From positions 130,448,001 through 130,512,000 of the forward strand of contig NC_042997.1 of assembly GCF_006345805.1 (NCBI RefSeq): a stretch of 64,000 bases of DNA, given 5' to 3'. The first letter of the stretch is position 1; each line of letters starts with the position of its first letter. Made by a program: the position numbers and the translations under genes. Below the pieces are notes generated by a model. That model saw only the letters and a list, made by a program, of their open reading frames with translations, did not search any database and was not told the DNA's origin. Of the stretch, positions 39,189 to 51,871 are shown piece after piece. The stretch is from Octopus sinensis. Lineage: Eukaryota.

Positions 39189-41033
39189 AATAGCTTAAAA
39201 CTGTTTCTGCAACAAGATGCAATGTACTCATAGCTGAGTGCTTGCATATTTACTTTATAGCTCCATTGGCACCATACTGGGCAACTACCAAGTGATAACA
39301 GGAACACACATTAACAAGGAGCTTGCAACTCTGTATCTGCAGGGGCAAGTTAGTACAAGTCAGTGGCTTCTTTTACTGGATCAGTGGTCTTGTTAAGATA
39401 TTTTGGGTCTAGTTTGGGCCAGATCTGTAGATAAACAAGAATTGGGACATGTTTGTGAATATGGGAACCCATGTCACTCTATAATGGACCAAAAGGATGA
39501 TATGTTTGAAAGTTTGAGCAAAGGCAAAAAATGCATACATTGCCTCTATTATTTATTACTGACTCTACCTTTCTGTATTTTTCATCTGACCAGATGAGAA
39601 TGTCAGCTCTTTTGTTTCTTGCGAAAATGGATGTCATCTATTGATCAGAAGGATCATCTGATGCCTGCATTCTGTTGCCCAGAAGGCTCAGCATGCTATG
39701 GCCGATAGTGAAAAGGTATACACTGAGGCCATGTATCTACAGGCATTCTTGTGAGGTGGGCAAATTGATAGGGTCTCTGTTTGCCAGACATATCTGTCCA
39801 TAAATTAGAAGATGGTCAAAGACCAATATTTGATGCTGATTATCAGGAATATGTTTATGCAATGTAATTGGTGATACAGTGATCCTTGCATTCTGCTTCT
39901 GTGGAGTATTAATGGTGTTCAAGGTTAAAGAACACTCTTACTAGACACATACTTTGTAATAACACTAATAGCAGTTTAATTACAAATGGACATCTTCAGA
40001 AATCTGAAGTTTTGTATATTTGATTGGTTGTCCTTGATAGCACTGATAATATTGTCGTTGCTGTTGTTGTTGATTCACTTCAGGCCATCCCAGCTGGAGT
40101 TACCTTACAATCAAAGGCATTCTATTTGTGAATCCCACCTATTTGTATATCAATGGTTAACTACATTCCCCACTGTGTCCTTTACTATGTAAGATGGTAG
40201 GAAGGTGATGGTGAGTTGGAGAATCATTAGACTATTGGAGAAAATGGTGGAGGCATGTGGCTTAGTGGTTAGGGTGTCAACATCATGATCGTAAGATTGT
40301 GGTTTCGATTCCTGGAATGGGCGAAATGTTGTGTTCTTGAGCAAAACACTTCATTTCACGTTGCTCCACTCCACTCAGCTGGCAAAAATGAGTAACACTG
40401 CGATGGACTGGCATCCTGTCCAGCTGGGGAACACATATGCCATTGAAATCAGGAAACCAGGCCCATGAGCTTGGCTAGGCTTTAAAAGGATGTATTTATT
40501 TATTTTTTTTTATTGGAGAAAATGTCTGGTAGAATTTGTTCTTGATCTTTATGACCTAAGTTCAAATCATATGGGGGCTAACTTTGCCTTTCAACTTTCT
40601 GGGGTTAATAGAAAAACATATCAGTCAAGTACTGGGATTGATGTAATCGTCTCTCCCCTTCTTTGAAGTTCTGGTCCAGTGCCTCAGTAAGAAATTTTTA
40701 AGATAATAAGATGTGAATTGAGGGGAATGTGGCTGTTAATTCTGGCAGGTTAGGCAACTATGTAAAGGCAGTTTCCATGGCTTGTATTACTGACTATTTT
40801 ATCAGAAAGTATGTGTGTGTTCCAGATAATTTGTTGCAAAAACTGTAGTTGTTGTCACACCTCTAAAAATAAATATTGTTTATCAAGACTAACACTTAAA
40901 TCAATATAGCAAAACAACAAATATATCGATTTAATAAAAATGTGAATCAACTATTTTAATATTTTTTCTTATATGGTTTCAATCATTTCATAACTTTTAT
41001 TTCACATAAATTTATTTTCTTTATTTCTCATAG

Positions 41034-41225
41034 TTGTTGATTGTAAAACATTGACTGAAATTGGTGAAGATGTTGAAAATGGAAACATCGAATATCCTAA
41101 CAAGACCACTACATATGGCTCGTATGTAAGGGTAAACTGCCGATCTGGTTGGCAGGCATTTGGAGACAAAGTACGAAAGTGTAACAGCCATGGAGTATGG
41201 TCTGGCACTCGTACCTGGTGTGTTG
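41034..41225 (+). CDS. SVEP1: SVEP1-like exon: CCP/sushi 2
   Basis: ctcatag|...|gtaag, 192 nt, phase 1-1; C...ENGNIEY...YGSYVRVNCRSGWQAFGDKVRKCNSHGVWSGTRTWC. Confidence 0.9.
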
Positions 41226-41544
41226 GTAAGTTATGTTTCTGACCAGTTTCATTTCTTCATCAACAGCTTTAATTTTTTGTTGCATGCCAATAGTAAATAT
41301 ACACATTTGTTCAGTTTCAGTTATTTTTATTTGTCAACTGGTTAACCATTTAATCAATTGGCTAATTGCATGAACAATGCCTTGTGAATAATATAAATAC
41401 TAACCGACTCTGTGCTGTCAAAAATGATGGCTAATTGAAGTATTTTACATATAAATATGGATGGAAGATCAAATTAATACACTTGTCAATGTTATCTAGT
41501 GGCTGTCTTTGGAGAAGTGACAGCAATCATTATTTGTTACTTAA

Positions 41545-41758
41545 CCCTTTTGTTACCAACCCGGCTGAAACCGGCTCTGAGTATAAATGTCTTGTTTTCA
41601 TAAGTTTTAGATTAAAATCTTCCACCACACCTTAGTCACAATTTATGTTCCTAACACTAGCTTAATGATAACTAAGTTATTTTACTAAATTCTTTGTTAT
41701 ATTTAAAGTAATTGAAAGAAACACAGAACATCTTAAAATGAATACAGTAACAAAAGGA
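41545..41758. mobile_element. piggyBac-type MITE (second family), TTAA TSD
   Basis: TTAA|cccttttgttac...gtaacaaaagga|TTAA; empty paralogous site near 43557. Confidence 0.88.
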
Positions 41759-42650
41759 TTAAAGAACGCTGATTCACACATACAACCATTCACATACTTC
41801 CCTTGTACACATACACACATACAGACATATACTCACACAGAAATGAAACCCTAATTTATTGTTTGATTAATCATTTAGTCAATCAATCAAACATTGACCT
41901 GCTCTCTCTGCTCCATGTCTGCTTCAGGTCTCAAGAATTTTTCAAACATATCATTGATTTTCCTTATCTTTTTATCACCTTGCAATGGTTTGGATCAAAC
42001 AGAACAGTAGACTATCTCTATGTATTCTAATTCCATGACATTTCATGTGTTATGTTTATGACTTCTTGTAAACAGTTTTATTTCACTTTCCCTAAATTTG
42101 GGAAGAATTCATACAAAATTCCCCCTCCCGAACCAAGGCAAACTTGTAGCTGCCTTCACGTCCAGACTTCTGTTAGTTCTACGTCATCAAAGTCATCATT
42201 TCAATGTTTGATTTTCCATAGATTTCACAATGAAATATATATTTTTTGAAACTATATAATGTGTAAAGGCATGTGGCCTAGTGGTTAGGCAGTTTCACTC
42301 ACAATCATAAGACTGAGGTTCCAATTCTTGGGTTGAGCAATGTGCTGTGTTCTTGAGAAAAAATACTTCATTTCATATTGCTCCTGCTCACTCAACTGTA
42401 AATGCATTCCATCAGTAGTTGAGAAGTTAACTCTGTGACAGACTGGTGTCCCATTCAGCCTTATGAGTTCTTAGAACACAAGACAGACTCTAACTTAATA
42501 ATGAAATTATCAATTTTATTCCTACTACAGGTCTGACTGATCATGATAATAATATTGATTCTTCATGTAAATATTGTACTGTAACAATATTTTCTAATAA
42601 ATGTCATTAACTTCTTAAATTTCATTTGAATTGTTTGTATACTTTTTCAG

Positions 42651-42842
42651 AAGCAAAATGTAAGCCTTTATCTTCTATTGATGAAGGTTCGCTTAGACCT
42701 CATGACTGTTCCAAAAGAAATAGCAATCCAGGTGCAATATGCAGATATACATGTAAAAAAGGGTACAAATTAATTGGACCTTCTCAGAGGAAATGTGGTA
42801 ATCATGGAGAATGGAATGTCACCAAAGAAACTAAATGCGTTG
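42651..42842 (+). CDS. SVEP1: SVEP1-like exon: CCP/sushi 3
   Basis: tttcag|...|gtaag, 192 nt, phase 1-1; CKPL...GAICRYTCKKGYKLIGPSQRKCGNHGEWNVTKETKC. Confidence 0.9.
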
Positions 42843-42880
42843 GTAAGATTGTCTTGTAATAATTTCTCTTTTGCAAAAAT

Positions 42881-43271
42881 TTATATATATAAAGCTAAAG
42901 TTGTCTGTGTGTGACAGGTTTGGCAGCCTTCAACTAACACTATCTCCTCCGACACCCTGCGGCACAAGTTGACCAAAATTGAGAGTATGATAGAAGAAGG
43001 CTTGCTCTTCCTTCTGTAGAAGATAAAATTCAAATCGGACCATGTTAACACCAAAAATTATTTACATCAAAAAGGTGCTTTTTTTCTATGAAAATCCCTA
43101 TTTTTTTAATGATTTTTTGACTGCTGTGTCGCCATTTTTCAGTGTATTTCAACCAGAAAAATGTTCACTTAAAGAGAATAACAAGCTACATAATGCAAAA
43201 TTTTTACTTTTCAAAAATTCCAATTCTAAAGGGTAAAAACAAACCCGAGCAACGCCGGGCGATACTGCTAG
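42881..43271 (+). mobile_element. Non-autonomous Helitron-type element
   Basis: Homologous to 31759-32157; 3' cccgagcaacgccggg hairpin + CTAG|T. Confidence 0.8.
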
Positions 43272-44200
43272 TTGTTAATAAGACTCAAGTATGGCTGAGT
43301 GGATATATGGTTTTGTGGATATAGAATTCACTTTGTTATCTTATGGCCTTGAGTTCTATCCCATTGCATGTCACCTTGGAAAAGTGTCTTCTCCAGTAGC
43401 AGCCCTTGTGTGACCAATGCCTTGTGAATAATATAAATACTAGCTGACACTGCTGTCAAAAATGAAGGCTAACTGGAGTATTTTGCATATAAATATGAAT
43501 GGTAAATCAAATTAATACACTTGTCTTTTAAGATGTGACATCGATCATCGTTTGTCACTGAAAGAATGCTGATTCACACATACAAACATTCACATACTTC
43601 CCTTGTACACATACACACATACAGACATATACTCATACAGAGATGAAACGCTGTTTGATTCTTCTTTTCAGAGTTGACTGTTCACCATCCCACTTCCATT
43701 GCACACATGCACACACACACACACAAACATTCACATATCTTCCTTTTACATACACACACATATATTCACACAGAGTCGAAACATTTCCACAACCAATTTG
43801 CCATGATCCCTTCTTTCTTTATTCATCTATTACCCCTTCCTTTCTCATTTATATGTTGTGATGGAGAAAAACACAAGAGTATTATTATAGTAGATCTTTA
43901 TTTTTTTTACATATTTCATTCTTTGGACTGTGGCCATGCTGGGGCATTGCCTTGAAAGGGTTTAGTTGAACAAATCAACACCAATACTTATATTTTTGAC
44001 TTTGAAACTTATTCCAGCAGTTTCTTTCACTAAATTGTTAAGCTACAGGAACATAAGGGAACCAATCCCAGTTGTCAAGAGGTGTTGGGGGACAAACACA
44101 CACACATACACACACACACAATATATATATATATATGTAATGTTGGCAAATGAAATAAGTATAAAAATGTGCATTGTCCGTTTAATTAAAAAATTCTATA

Positions 44201-44288
44201 TGTGGCTGAAGATTGCTTGACATTTTAAAACTGATGGAATACTTACAGTGTTTAATAAAATGAAGTAGCATGAAACGATTGTACTACA
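44201..44288 (+). ncRNA. Hammerhead ribozyme candidate with an extended stem II, in a PLE-like end fragment inside a SINE microsatellite
   Basis: ugugg CUGAAGA [uugcu...agcau] GAAAC gauu GUA cuaca; the same GAAACGAUUGUA as the 31463 motif. Confidence 0.55.
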
Positions 44289-44784
44289 CTACCTTGGATA
44301 TCCTTGTTACTTATTTTGAGTATATATATATATATTCACATACAACAGGTTTCTTTGAGTTTCCATCTACCTAATTCACTGACAATATATATTTTACTAT
44401 TTCGCTTAGGCATAGTGATATTAATGTCTCCCTGGTCCATCCTTAATGGAAAAGAGCTCAGAATAATCTGTGAACTATTTCTTGGTGTGTTTTTCAACTA
44501 TCTTAGCCACCTCTGTGCTATTGGTTCATTTGAATATTGCTGGTGAAGAATATACTATAAACTATTAAATATATAATGACTGCTGCCAGATGTGAGAAGG
44601 CCACTTCACAAACAAGTGACACTATTAATGTTTTGGTTTTATGAAAAAGTTATGTAAAGGTTAATAGATCAAGCAATTTTCTCTGTTTACTATTACTAAA
44701 CTGTTTTTTTTTTACGTTGTCCTAATTAAGTTGCATTGAAATTGCCAACATGATCTCAATAAGATCCACTGCTTTTTAGATGCA

Positions 44785-45250
44785 AGCATGGCTGTGTAGT
44801 TCAGAAGCTTACTTTGCAACCATGGTGGTTTCAGGTTCAATCCCACTGCATGGCACCTTGGCCAAGTGTCTACTACTATATCCTCAAACTGCCCAATACT
44901 TTGTGAGGCAATCTGGTAGACAGAAACCATGTGAAAGCCCATGTGAAAGTGTGTATGTGTGTGTGCATGTGTGTGCATGAATGTGTGTGCATGTGCGTGT
45001 GTATGTGTGTGAATATGTGTACACGTATGTGTGTGTGTGTCTTTGTGTTTGTGTTTGTCCCCACCACCTCTTGACAACTGGTATTGGTTTGCTTATGTCC
45101 CATTAACTTAGCTGTTTGGCAAAATAGACCAATAAAATAAGTTCCAAACTTTAAAAAAATATATACTGGGGTCGATTTGTTCAACTAAACCCTTCAAAGT
45201 GGTGCCTCAACATGGCTGCAGTCCAATGACTGAAACAAGTAAAAGATAAA
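44785..45250 (+). mobile_element. SINE family A-related copy
   Basis: Head, TG microsatellite and tail ccagc/catggctgcagtccaatgactgaaacaagtaaaaga. Confidence 0.75.
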
Positions 45251-45410
45251 AAATATAAGAGATAACAACTTAGCCCTATTTGGAGATGTTAGAGTTTAAA
45301 AAGTCACGAATCCTTCTGCTTCTTCCTCTAAAGAGAGAAAATAGGGAGCAAAGAAATTAATTAATATCTTTTGCATGAAATAATGATATTTCTCTTGTTT
45401 ATTTCTTCAG

Positions 45411-45659
45411 ATGTCGAACCTCCAAAATTTAAATGCCCAGCAGACATGACTGTACCTGCAATAAACCAGGGTTATGCTATTGTCCATATAAATACTGAAA
45501 ACCTTGAAATGAGTGACAATTCTGAATATGTAAGATTAACACACAGTGGCCTTACTGAAAACCCTGCACGATTTAAACTGGGCTTCCACCAAATTGAATT
45601 CGTTGCCATAGACAGAGCTGGAAATAAGGTCTCCTGTATACAGCGTATAAATGTTCTAC
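45411..45659 (+). CDS. SVEP1: SVEP1-like exon: HYR domain 1
   Basis: cttcag|...|gtaag, 249 nt, phase 1-1; DVEPPKFKCPAD...SDNS...FKLGFHQIEFVAIDRAGNKVSC. Confidence 0.9.
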
Positions 45660-45894
45660 GTAAGTCTTATGAATCTATCAAACTTTTGCATACTAATACC
45701 TTTTTGTAAAAATATGAAATATTTTCTGGACATTTCTACATCTTCTTGCTATTGACTTATACAAGAATTTAAGCTGATAATGGGTGGTAGTGTTACATTT
45801 GAGGGGCTGCTAAGAGTGTGTTAGGGTGTTATTAAGGTGGCATTGTTGCAGCATTAGGGGTGGTGGTGATATCATAGAAGCTAATCTATGATTC

Positions 45895-46130
45895 TTATTT
45901 CTTTATTGCCCACAAGGGGCTAAACATAGAGGGGACAAACAAGGACAGACAAAGGAATTAAGTCGATTATATTGAGCCCATGCGTAACTGGTACTTAATT
46001 TATCGACCCCAAAAGGATGAAAGGCAAAGTCGACCTTGGCGGAATTTAAACTCAGAATGTAATGGCTGACGAAATACGGCTAAGCATTTCACCCGGCGTG
46101 CTAACGTTTCTGCCAGCTCGCCGCCTTACA
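45895..46130 (-). mobile_element. SINE family C monomer
   Basis: Reverse complement of 51641-51871. Confidence 0.8.
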
Positions 46131-47676
46131 GTGCAATAATGATTCTGTCAGCTTGCTGCCCTTTAAAACATAATATTGGTTTTAAATTTTGGCACAAGGC
46201 CAGCAACTTTGGGGGGAAGGGGTAAGTTGATTACATTAACCCCAGTATTCAGCTGGTACTTTATTGACCCTGAAAAGATGATAAGTAATGTCAAATTCAT
46301 CAGAATTTTAACCTTTGAAATATAATAATTAAATACGAGACAAAATACTATCTTTAAACATGTATCTTTAAATAAAATAGCCATGTATCTTAGAACAATT
46401 CCATCAAAGTTTAGGACGTTTTACTTTTATTATCAATAATGTTTCTTTTAAGCCTTCTTTTCCTTCATCTTACATTAAGTTTTTTAAACAAACCCTGACA
46501 TTTAATTTGCATTTATTTTCAGGATTATGTTGTTGAATAAACGGAGAAAATGTTGCCATTCAGCAGTTTTATTTTTTTAATATTAGAACAATTCAGCTTC
46601 ACTAGCAGAGAAAAAAATAAATGTAGTGAGGAAAGAGATGATCTTGATAAGAACTGACTGACTGTATGAGAAAAAAACAAACTGTGAAAGTTTCTCAAGC
46701 AGAAGTCTGCCTTGCACTGTAGCAGGCTTAGAATGAAATACCACAACAGCCTTCTTTAATACTAGTTGGGTTACTATATTTCACTGAGATTGTATCAATT
46801 CACAAACAGTTTAAAGAAAATAACTTTATTTTATCAAAATAACTGACACATTTAACTGGTAGAAAGTAAATGGCTTTAGCTTCAGTTGATTTATATGTAA
46901 CTTTATTTTTGCTATCATCTCAGCTGAGAGATAACTAAATAATTATAGATTGTATCTACTAATGTTGCAATAGTTATCAGAGATAAAGTGTTGATATCAT
47001 TGTTATTGCTATTGTTGGGTAATAGTGTTGTGCTGATAGTTTTATTTTGTGGAGTCTACTTTTGTTGAAATTTTGTTACATAAAGACAGCAATATCAAAT
47101 AGGAGCAACCCCAAATGTTCTGAACTACGACTGTGTAAGTTTAGGTCAAACTTCAGCTCTTGTTCACTGCTTTAACTTTGGTTAGTCCCATTTTATGAAA
47201 GAACAGTCTATCTGAAGATTTTCAGCTTGAATCACGTTGTCCCAGTTTTAAAGTTGGTACAGAGTTCATTGACAAAGGCTTGGCTTCTATGTTGATGAGG
47301 TGGAGTAGATGGGGTGAAGAATGAAAAACTCCATTGAATACGTAGTTGATTTTAGTATCAAACTGGATTAGAAGAGAAACTCAACAGTGAAATGCTTTCA
47401 GTTAATGGACAATCCTAAAAATGAGGCATTAAAAATGATCTAATCACAAAAGCACAGAAACAAAGAGGAATATTGTTTTTAAAATCTTGTTAGATAATTT
47501 GTTGTTAATTCCACTAATGTACTTGAGTTTGTCTCCAAGAACTTGATTGTGTCTACTGAAACGAACAGATTTATAGTTTTGAGTCAGTCTGGTGAACAGA
47601 AGTTTCTTCATTGCTAGATGCTACTATTAAGTATTGTTATTGAAACTACAGCAGAATTTAAACTCAGGATATTACT

Positions 47677-48053
47677 CTCTTTACACTTTTACTCTTTTAC
47701 TTGTTTCAGTCATTTGACTGTGGCCATGCTGCAGCATCGCCTTTAGTTGAGCAAATTGACCCCAGGACTTATTCTTTGTAAGCCTAGTACTTATTCTATC
47801 GGTCTGTTTTGCCGAACTGCTAAATTATGGGGACGGTTGACAAGCGACGTTGGGGGGGGGAGACAAACACACATACACTTACATATATATGACAGGCTTC
47901 TTTCAGCTTCTGTCTACCAAATCCACTCACAAGGCTTTGGTCGGTCCGAGGCTATAGTAGAAGACACTTGCCCAAGGTGCCACGCAGTGGGACTGAACTC
48001 GGAACCATGTGGTTGATAAGCAAGCTACTTACCAGACAGCCACTCCTATGCCT
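47677..48053 (-). mobile_element. SINE family A
   Basis: Reverse-complement tail and head. Confidence 0.85.
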
Positions 48054-48779
48054 ATGTTAAGTAATAAACTTGATCAATTTTAGGAAACACCACAGTATAT
48101 GAATACTTAACTGTTTTGTTACTATTTTTATATTAGTACATTACTTTGTTTTAGTCAATTTTGAAGACAATGAAGAATTTATTAAAATGAATTTGTCATT
48201 ATTAAGCTGGTGTTTGGAGTAATTAGTTAATAAGAAATTTTGAGGGAAAGTTTTAATTTAGATCACTTTAAAACAAGGAATTTGTACCATGGGACCAGAG
48301 GTGGTGTCAGACGAATTAGTATTATTATGGTTGACTATAATAGTCAACAAACAGTCATGTCAATTGGGTAGGAAGTAGACTGTTGAAATTCCAGCACCAC
48401 ACCATTTTCAAGCATTCTCTTTATGGCAAATTCACTTAATTCGTTAAACCCTAAAATACTCTGACATATTTCACCCTTCTTATTGTTTTAAGATATATAG
48501 GAGTTAGAGCTAAATGATTAACTTAGAGATCCACCATGACAGTCACTTAATTGTAATCAAGGCACCAAGAGGTCTCATGACAGTTGGCTCAGCATGCAAT
48601 CCTTTCTTGTGATATTCTAATCACAGTTCCATAGTACTGGAGCTGTGACCACTCAATGCAGAAAAGTAGTAGTTTGACCTGGAGAGACTCCCTAGCCTTT
48701 GAACAATGCACCCTGTTGAGTAATGTTATTCCAGAAATCTTTTGAAGGAACCCTATTTCAGCTGCTTACATTTGCAAGC

Positions 48780-49092
48780 GTGGAGGTGCAATGGCCCAGT
48801 GGCTACGGCAGTGGACTCGCAGTTGTAGGAACGTGGTTTCGATTCCCAGACTGAGCGTTGTGATTGTTTATTGAGCGAAAATACCTAAAACTCCACGAGG
48901 CTCCAGCAGGAGGTGGTGGCGATCCCTTTTGTACTCTTTCGCCACAACTTTCTCTCGCTCTTTCTTCTGTTGGCCTGCTCGCTTAGCCAGTGGGGTGGCG
49001 TCATTTGAAGGCTAAAACAATGCGAACCGCATTGTGACCAGCGATGTGTAGCAACATCTGATAGCCTGGTCGGTCACGGTGATCACGGTGAT
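48780..49092 (+). mobile_element. SINE family D with a 10-bp TSD
   Basis: tggcccagtgg A-box-like, ggtttcgattccc B-box-like, (cacggtgat)2 tail; ATTTGCAAGC at 48770-48779 and 49093-49102. Confidence 0.85.
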
Positions 49093-49181
49093 ATTTGCAA
49101 GCATACTCTTTTGATCATTATCAATCATCCATGATCATAGGCGAGGCTAGGAATGGAAACTAAACAGAATGGAAACTAAAT

Positions 49182-49600
49182 AGGTGTAGGAGTGGCTGTG
49201 TGGTAAGTAGCTTGCTTACAAACCACATGGTTCCGGGTTCAGTCCCACTGCGTGGCACCTTGGGCAAGTGTCTTTTTTCTATAGCATAGGGCCGACCAAA
49301 GCCTTGTGAGTGGATTTGGTAGACAGAAACTGAAAGAAGCCCGTCGTATATATATGTATATATATATATATGTGTGTGTTTGTGTGTCTGTGTTTGTCCC
49401 CCCAATAACATCGCTTGACAACCGATGCTGGTGTAGTTACATCCCCATAACTTAGCGGTTCGACAAAAGAGACTGATAGAATAAGTACTTGGCTTACAAA
49501 GAATAAGTCCTGGGGGTCAATTTGCTCGACTAAAGGCGGTGCTCCAGCATGGTTGCAGTCAAATGACTGAAACGAGCAAAAGTGTAAAAGAGTAAAGAGA
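49182..49600 (+). mobile_element. SINE family A
   Basis: Head, body and tail; ends about 110 nt before the HYR2 exon. Confidence 0.85.
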
Positions 49601-49712
49601 AGAAAGCAAACTCATGTAAGAAAAAAAAAAAAAAAAAAGTACAAACAACTGCCATTTCAGTATCCTCTTCTCTCCAAATTAAATGAATTTCTTGTATTTT
49701 ATTTATTTGCAG

Positions 49713-49952
49713 AAGAAACAATCACGATGAAGTTTTGTCCTTCAAATATAAACATTACCATTGCATCTGAATTCCAAGTTGCAGTCACTTGGCCGGAACC
49801 AGTGTTTCTAGACAAGGATGATAGACCTGTTGAATACTACTGTTCCCATCCGAACGGGTCAAAGTTTATCGTTGGTCACTACAATAATATCTGTGCTCCT
49901 GTAAAAGATTATGGCCAGAATGTTAAATGTATATTTTCGATCACTTTAGGAA
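49713..49952 (+). CDS. SVEP1: SVEP1-like exon: HYR domain 2
   Basis: tttgcag|...|gtaag, 240 nt, phase 1-1; FCPSNI...VTWPEPVFLD...CSHPNGSKFIVG...VKCIFSITL. Confidence 0.88.
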
Positions 49953-51078
49953 GTAAGTACTTTATCTAAATGATCGGTTTTATTTTGTAGAATATAATCA
50001 TCATCATCATCATTACCATCATCATCATCGTCGTCATCATCATCATCATCGTCATCATCAACAACATCATCATCATCAACGTCATCATCACCATTGCCAT
50101 CATCATCATCCTCATTGCCATCATCATCATCATCATTGCCATCATCATCATCATCATTGCCATCATCATCATCATCATTGACATCATCATCATCTTCATT
50201 GCTATCATCATCATCATCATCATCATTAACCATGTTGTTTTTTCATGTCATCATTGTTGTTGTCATCATCATTGTCATTATCATTTTATACTGGCTCTCC
50301 ATGTTGGCATGAGTTGGATGGGTTGTCAAAGTTTGAGTGAGTTCCTGTTTAGTCACAACCCTCCTAGACATGATCGGAAGACAATGCCTTCCTTATATAT
50401 TTCATTTCACACAGTTTCTATGGTTGGATACCTTTTCTTAGACCAACTACTTTACAGAATGTCCTGAGTGCATATTTTTATAACACCATCACTTGAGAAA
50501 TTGTCATATCCTTATCAAGACAAGACTAAAAGGTCCTGCTAACCCTGTGATATCTCTGTTCTTCCATCAAGCACTTTACAGAGTGTACTAGATGCATTTA
50601 TCATGTCACCAGCACTGAAGAGATTGTTATGTCAACAGCAAGACAAAGTTAAGAGGTCCTCATGACCCAATGATATCTCTACACAGTTATTAAACAATTT
50701 GCAGAGTGTATTGGGTGCATTTCATTGTGGAAAGTACCAGTAAAAGTAAAGTTGCTCTTGTACCTTGCAAAAAACAAGGGGACTTTCACTGGTCTATGTT
50801 GTGTCTTTTTGTCCAGGTCAAGTGGGTAGAAGAGAGGATGAATGCATAAGATGAAGTAAGGAAGTGGGGAGAGAGAAAGGAAAGAGTGATAGTGATCAGG
50901 GTGAGGATGTGAAGAGAGAGAAAAATACATTATGACAGAGGTTGGGGTGACATGCATGAAGCAGTGCTACAGGAGTGATAGAGGGGTGGGGAAAGTAAAA
51001 GTAAGATGTAATGAGAAAGAGAGAGAGAAAGAGAGGGATACAACACACTTCTAAGTTACATTTTTGACTTTTTTCTAG

Positions 51079-51267
51079 GAAAAAGCTGTGAGAAACCAGA
51101 TCCACCCAAAAATGGTGCCCTAACCTGTACAAGCCAAAATAAACTGTATCTACAAGTATGTTTGGTACATTGTAGTGACAATTATGATTTTGTCGAGTTA
51201 CCTGAGGAACAATATCTATGTCTTCTCAATGGTAATTGGTCTACGGAATTATGGCCAGACTGTTCAT
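51079..51267 (+). CDS. SVEP1: SVEP1-like exon: CCP/sushi 4 (not in the ORF track)
   Basis: ttctag|...|gtaag, 189 nt, phase 1-1; manual translation KSCEKPDPPKNGALTC...VCLVHCSDNYDF...YLCLLNGNWSTELWPDCS. Confidence 0.88.
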
Positions 51268-51341
51268 GTAAGTTGGTGCTATTTTGTTTTTAAATCTCTC
51301 TATTTTCCCACTTTTCGTTTTTATACTTTGTCATTTCTCTT

Positions 51342-51383
<42 letters not shown>

Positions 51384-51640
51384 CTATTTTTCTCTCACAT
51401 CCTTTTTTTAGGACTTGCTCTCATTTTCCTGTACAATTTATCTTATGGACATAAGCATTTGCATTTATATGTAAGTCTCACTGGTTGGACACCCTGAGTT
51501 GAAGCATTTTCATTGCTTGTAACTGGATACTGAACACAGTGAAATATTCTGAGGCTCAGGTGGAAATTTTAAAATGCTATTTCTTGCATACCAGTAACAA
51601 AAAAAAACAGACCTCTTCTGATGTAGTTGGTGAAATAATA

Positions 51641-51871
51641 AGGCGGCGAGCTGGCAGAAACGTTAGCACGCCGGGCAAAATGCGTAGCCGTATTTCGTCT
51701 GCCGTTACGTTCTGAGTTCAAATTCCGCCAAGGTAGACTTTGCCTTTCATCCTTTTGGGGTCGATAAATTAAGTACCAGATACGCACTGGGGTCGATGTA
51801 ATCGACTTTATACCTTTGTCTGTCCTTGTTTGTCCCATCTATGTTTAGCCCCTTGTGGGTAATAAAGAAAT
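51641..51871 (+). mobile_element. SINE family C monomer
   Basis: ggcggcgagctggcagaa head, gagttcaaattcc B-box-like, conserved central domain, ...aataaagaaat tail. Confidence 0.85.

Noticed and set aside
49946-50312. Poly-D/poly-M/poly-S ORFs (similarly poly-H/P at 6100-6350 and 62811-63071)
   Set aside because: (CAT)n/(CCA)n trinucleotide repeats in introns
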